Shown here piece after piece: positions 61,823 to 64,000 of a stretch of DNA of 64,000 nucleotides. This stretch comes from Squalus acanthias (taxonomy: Eukaryota), in contig CM059438.1 of the NCBI GenBank assembly GCA_030390025.1, forward strand, positions 66,776,001-66,840,000, in the 5' to 3' direction. The position numbers were made by a program, and so were the translations under genes. Numbering within the stretch: the stretch's first letter is position 1; each line of letters opens with the position of its first letter. A model generated the notes under the pieces. The model saw only the letters and a list, made by a program, of their open reading frames with translations, was not told the origin of the DNA and made no database searches.

Positions 61823-62634
61823 TGTAAGAAATCGTGGATTGAAAGAAATAATAGTCTGCTATGGGTTCCCTGGATCAGCAGTTTGCCTAAGTTGATGACA
61901 CAGAAATATTCCAGTCATGTCAGGAAAAATAGCTGTACAGAGAGCTGTATTACGAGGTCAGAACACAAAAACGTGGTTTCGAGTGGGCATAGCTAGGCTT
62001 GATAAGGGATGCAGCAAGGAGCTCGAGGATAAACAAGCTGTCTACGAGAGGGCAACAAGACCTTTAGAACAGAGATAAGGAGAAAAATGACTTCATGAGG
62101 CTGGGAGGGGGCTGTCAGAGGTAGCCTCTCCCTTGTAATTGGACAATGGACTGGGTAAAAATGATTGACACCAGGTATCCACCAGTCCATCGAAATAAGG
62201 TATAAAAACCGACGACCGAGAGAGGAAAACAGGCAGTTAGGGCTGAAGGCTTCCCCGAGGTGGCTACGGCCTCACACCTTGGTCAAGTTTAGTCTCTGAG
62301 GTGGATCAATGCTGGCGGACGGCCTAACACCTCCAACAGCTCGAGGGACGACCCAACGGAAGTGACCACTGCAGCAGACTGCAGGAACCCGCCCAATCTG
62401 GGACCACCGTACTGCCTCACCGTCCATCTGGTTGTTTCGTTCCGTTCTGGGGCCGTAGATCGCCCTCAACTGTCACGGGATGTATGCCTACTGTATCTAT
62501 TTCAATCACATGTAGTAATATCTGATTATGCTGAAACTGTAGCTCTCTAATAAAAAGCCTTACAACTCCTAAGAGCCTTTGAGTAATCTGTGTGTGACCT
62601 GTGATCCAAATCTTACAGTTGATCCAAATCTTAT
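61823..62634 (+). mobile_element. Solo LTR with a duplicated 3' terminus
   Basis: TGTAAGA...TCTTACA (62617), then a repeat TGATCCAAATCTTATA to 62634. TATAAAA at 62201, AATAAA at 62549, flanks CACG/CACT. Confidence 0.7.
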
Positions 62635-62719
62635 ACACTCTTCACCACGTTCTGCATCAACAGATTCAGAAACATCACCAAATAATTTATCAACTGGTTA
62701 CTTCTGGTAAGTTATCTTC

Positions 62720-62836
62720 TGTTGCTACATTACAACAGTGACTACACTTCAATAAAAAGTATTTAATTGACTGTAAAGCACTTTGAGACAGCCAGTGGTT
62801 GTGAAAGGCGCTATATAGATGCAAATCTTTCTTTTT
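62720..62836 (+). mobile_element. Deu-SINE 3' tail fragment
   Basis: CTACATTACAACAGTGACTACACTTCAA...GTGAAAGGCGCTATATA. Confidence 0.8.
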
Positions 62837-62844
62837 AGGTAAGT

Positions 62845-63065
62845 ATAGAATTTAGGAGGAATTTCTTTAAACTGAGAGCGGTGAGTATGTGGAACTCGCT
62901 GCCACATGGAGTGGTTGAAGCAGAGAACAATGATGCATACATGTGAGAGATAAGGGAATAGAGGGATACAGGAGGCAAGGTGGGAAGAGGTAAGTAGGGT
63001 GGGAGGAGACTCGTGGACCAGTTGGGCTGAATGGCCTGTTTCGTTGCTGCAGATTCTATGTAATT
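62845..63065 (+). mobile_element. CR1 3' end fragment
   Basis: EFRRNFFKLRAVSMWNSLP and an ATTCTATG tail. Confidence 0.8.
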
Positions 63066-63499
63066 TTATGTAATTTTTGAAAGTTGCAGAATCTGTTTTG
63101 GTTGGAGTTGCTTTGCATTAAGGCGCGTGTGATTAATAATAGTTCAAAATTATTGATGTTCACCTTGTTTTATTATCACTCTGTCTCTCAGACTTTGGGA
63201 GAATGCTTGGCTCCAACCATTTCATGCTCACCCAAGAGCAGCTTTGCCAACAACGTCAATGAACATGTTTCAGATATCAATGAACAAAGTACTGTATGAA
63301 CACAAAGCAAACCGACTGAACCTGAACTTAAATGTGTATTAAAAACAAAGAATTGATATTTTATGGTATCTTATTTTTGAGGTTGGAGAGCAAATATAGT
63401 TGCTCATGTGACAAAAAGATCTTACGTCTGGGTTCAGACAACTGCTTTCGTAAACAGCCATCCTAACTGTGTATGACTCATATACATCTTCCCACTGGG

Positions 63500-63935
63500 G
63501 TCAGCCTTGGCTCAGTAATAGCACTCTCGCCTCCAAATCAGAAGTCATGGGTTCAATGCAGAGAATAAGGAGATAATCTAGGCTGACACTTCAGTGTAGT
63601 AATCAGGGATTTGGATGAGATATTAAAGCAAGGCCCCGTCCGCCCTCTCAAGTGGATGTAAAAGATCCCCTGGCACTATTCAAAGAAGAGCAGAAGAGTT
63701 CTCCCGGTGTCCTGGCCAATATTTATCCTTCAACCAACGTCACTGAAGAAGAGATTATCTGGTCATTATCTAATTGCTGTTTCTGGGATCTTGCTGTGTA
63801 CAAATCAGCTGTCATGTTTTCTTACATCACAACAGTGACTTCAAAAAATCTTCAAAAAGTACTTGACTGCAAAGCGTTTTGGGAAATCCTGAGATTGTGA
63901 AAGGCACTATTTAAATGCAAGTTCTTTCCTTTCTT
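63500..63935 (+). mobile_element. Deu-domain SINE
   Basis: TGGCTCAGTAATAGCAC head, GTGTCCTGGCCAATATTTATCC core and L2-like tail. Confidence 0.88.
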
Positions 63936-64000
63936 CACTCTGCTATTCTCACTTCTCCAATACCTGATCAGAAAAGCTTGCAACGTTGCTTCTGCTGTTT

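Overview
This window is eukaryotic, repeat-dominated DNA with no host protein-coding gene that I can recognise. The repeat set (Deu-domain SacSINE1-like SINEs, CR1 and L2 LINEs, Harbinger MITEs, Penelope-like elements) points to a cartilaginous fish; that assignment is inference. The longer ORFs I can identify are all transposon remnants: CR1 RT/endonuclease/SGNH esterase, Harbinger Myb/SANT and a Penelope GIY-YIG C-terminus. A ~26-bp CA-rich satellite (consensus TTAAATAGTCACACAGCACACACAC[G/A]) spans about 38.1-53.1 kb and carries ~0.66-kb and ~2.0-kb higher-order duplications. It is interrupted by three Penelope-like insertions, a 1.8-kb solo LTR and a LINE 3' end. The most interesting signal is a Penelope-like family carrying minimal hammerhead ribozymes. 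It includes two near-identical ~215-bp palindromic mini-elements that are almost entirely back-to-back ribozyme repeats, one with a clean target-site duplication. Three of the four copies sit at about the same phase of the satellite unit, and one copy is broken across the predicted ribozyme cleavage site. All family names come from motif recognition, not database searches, and degenerate-repeat boundaries are approximate.
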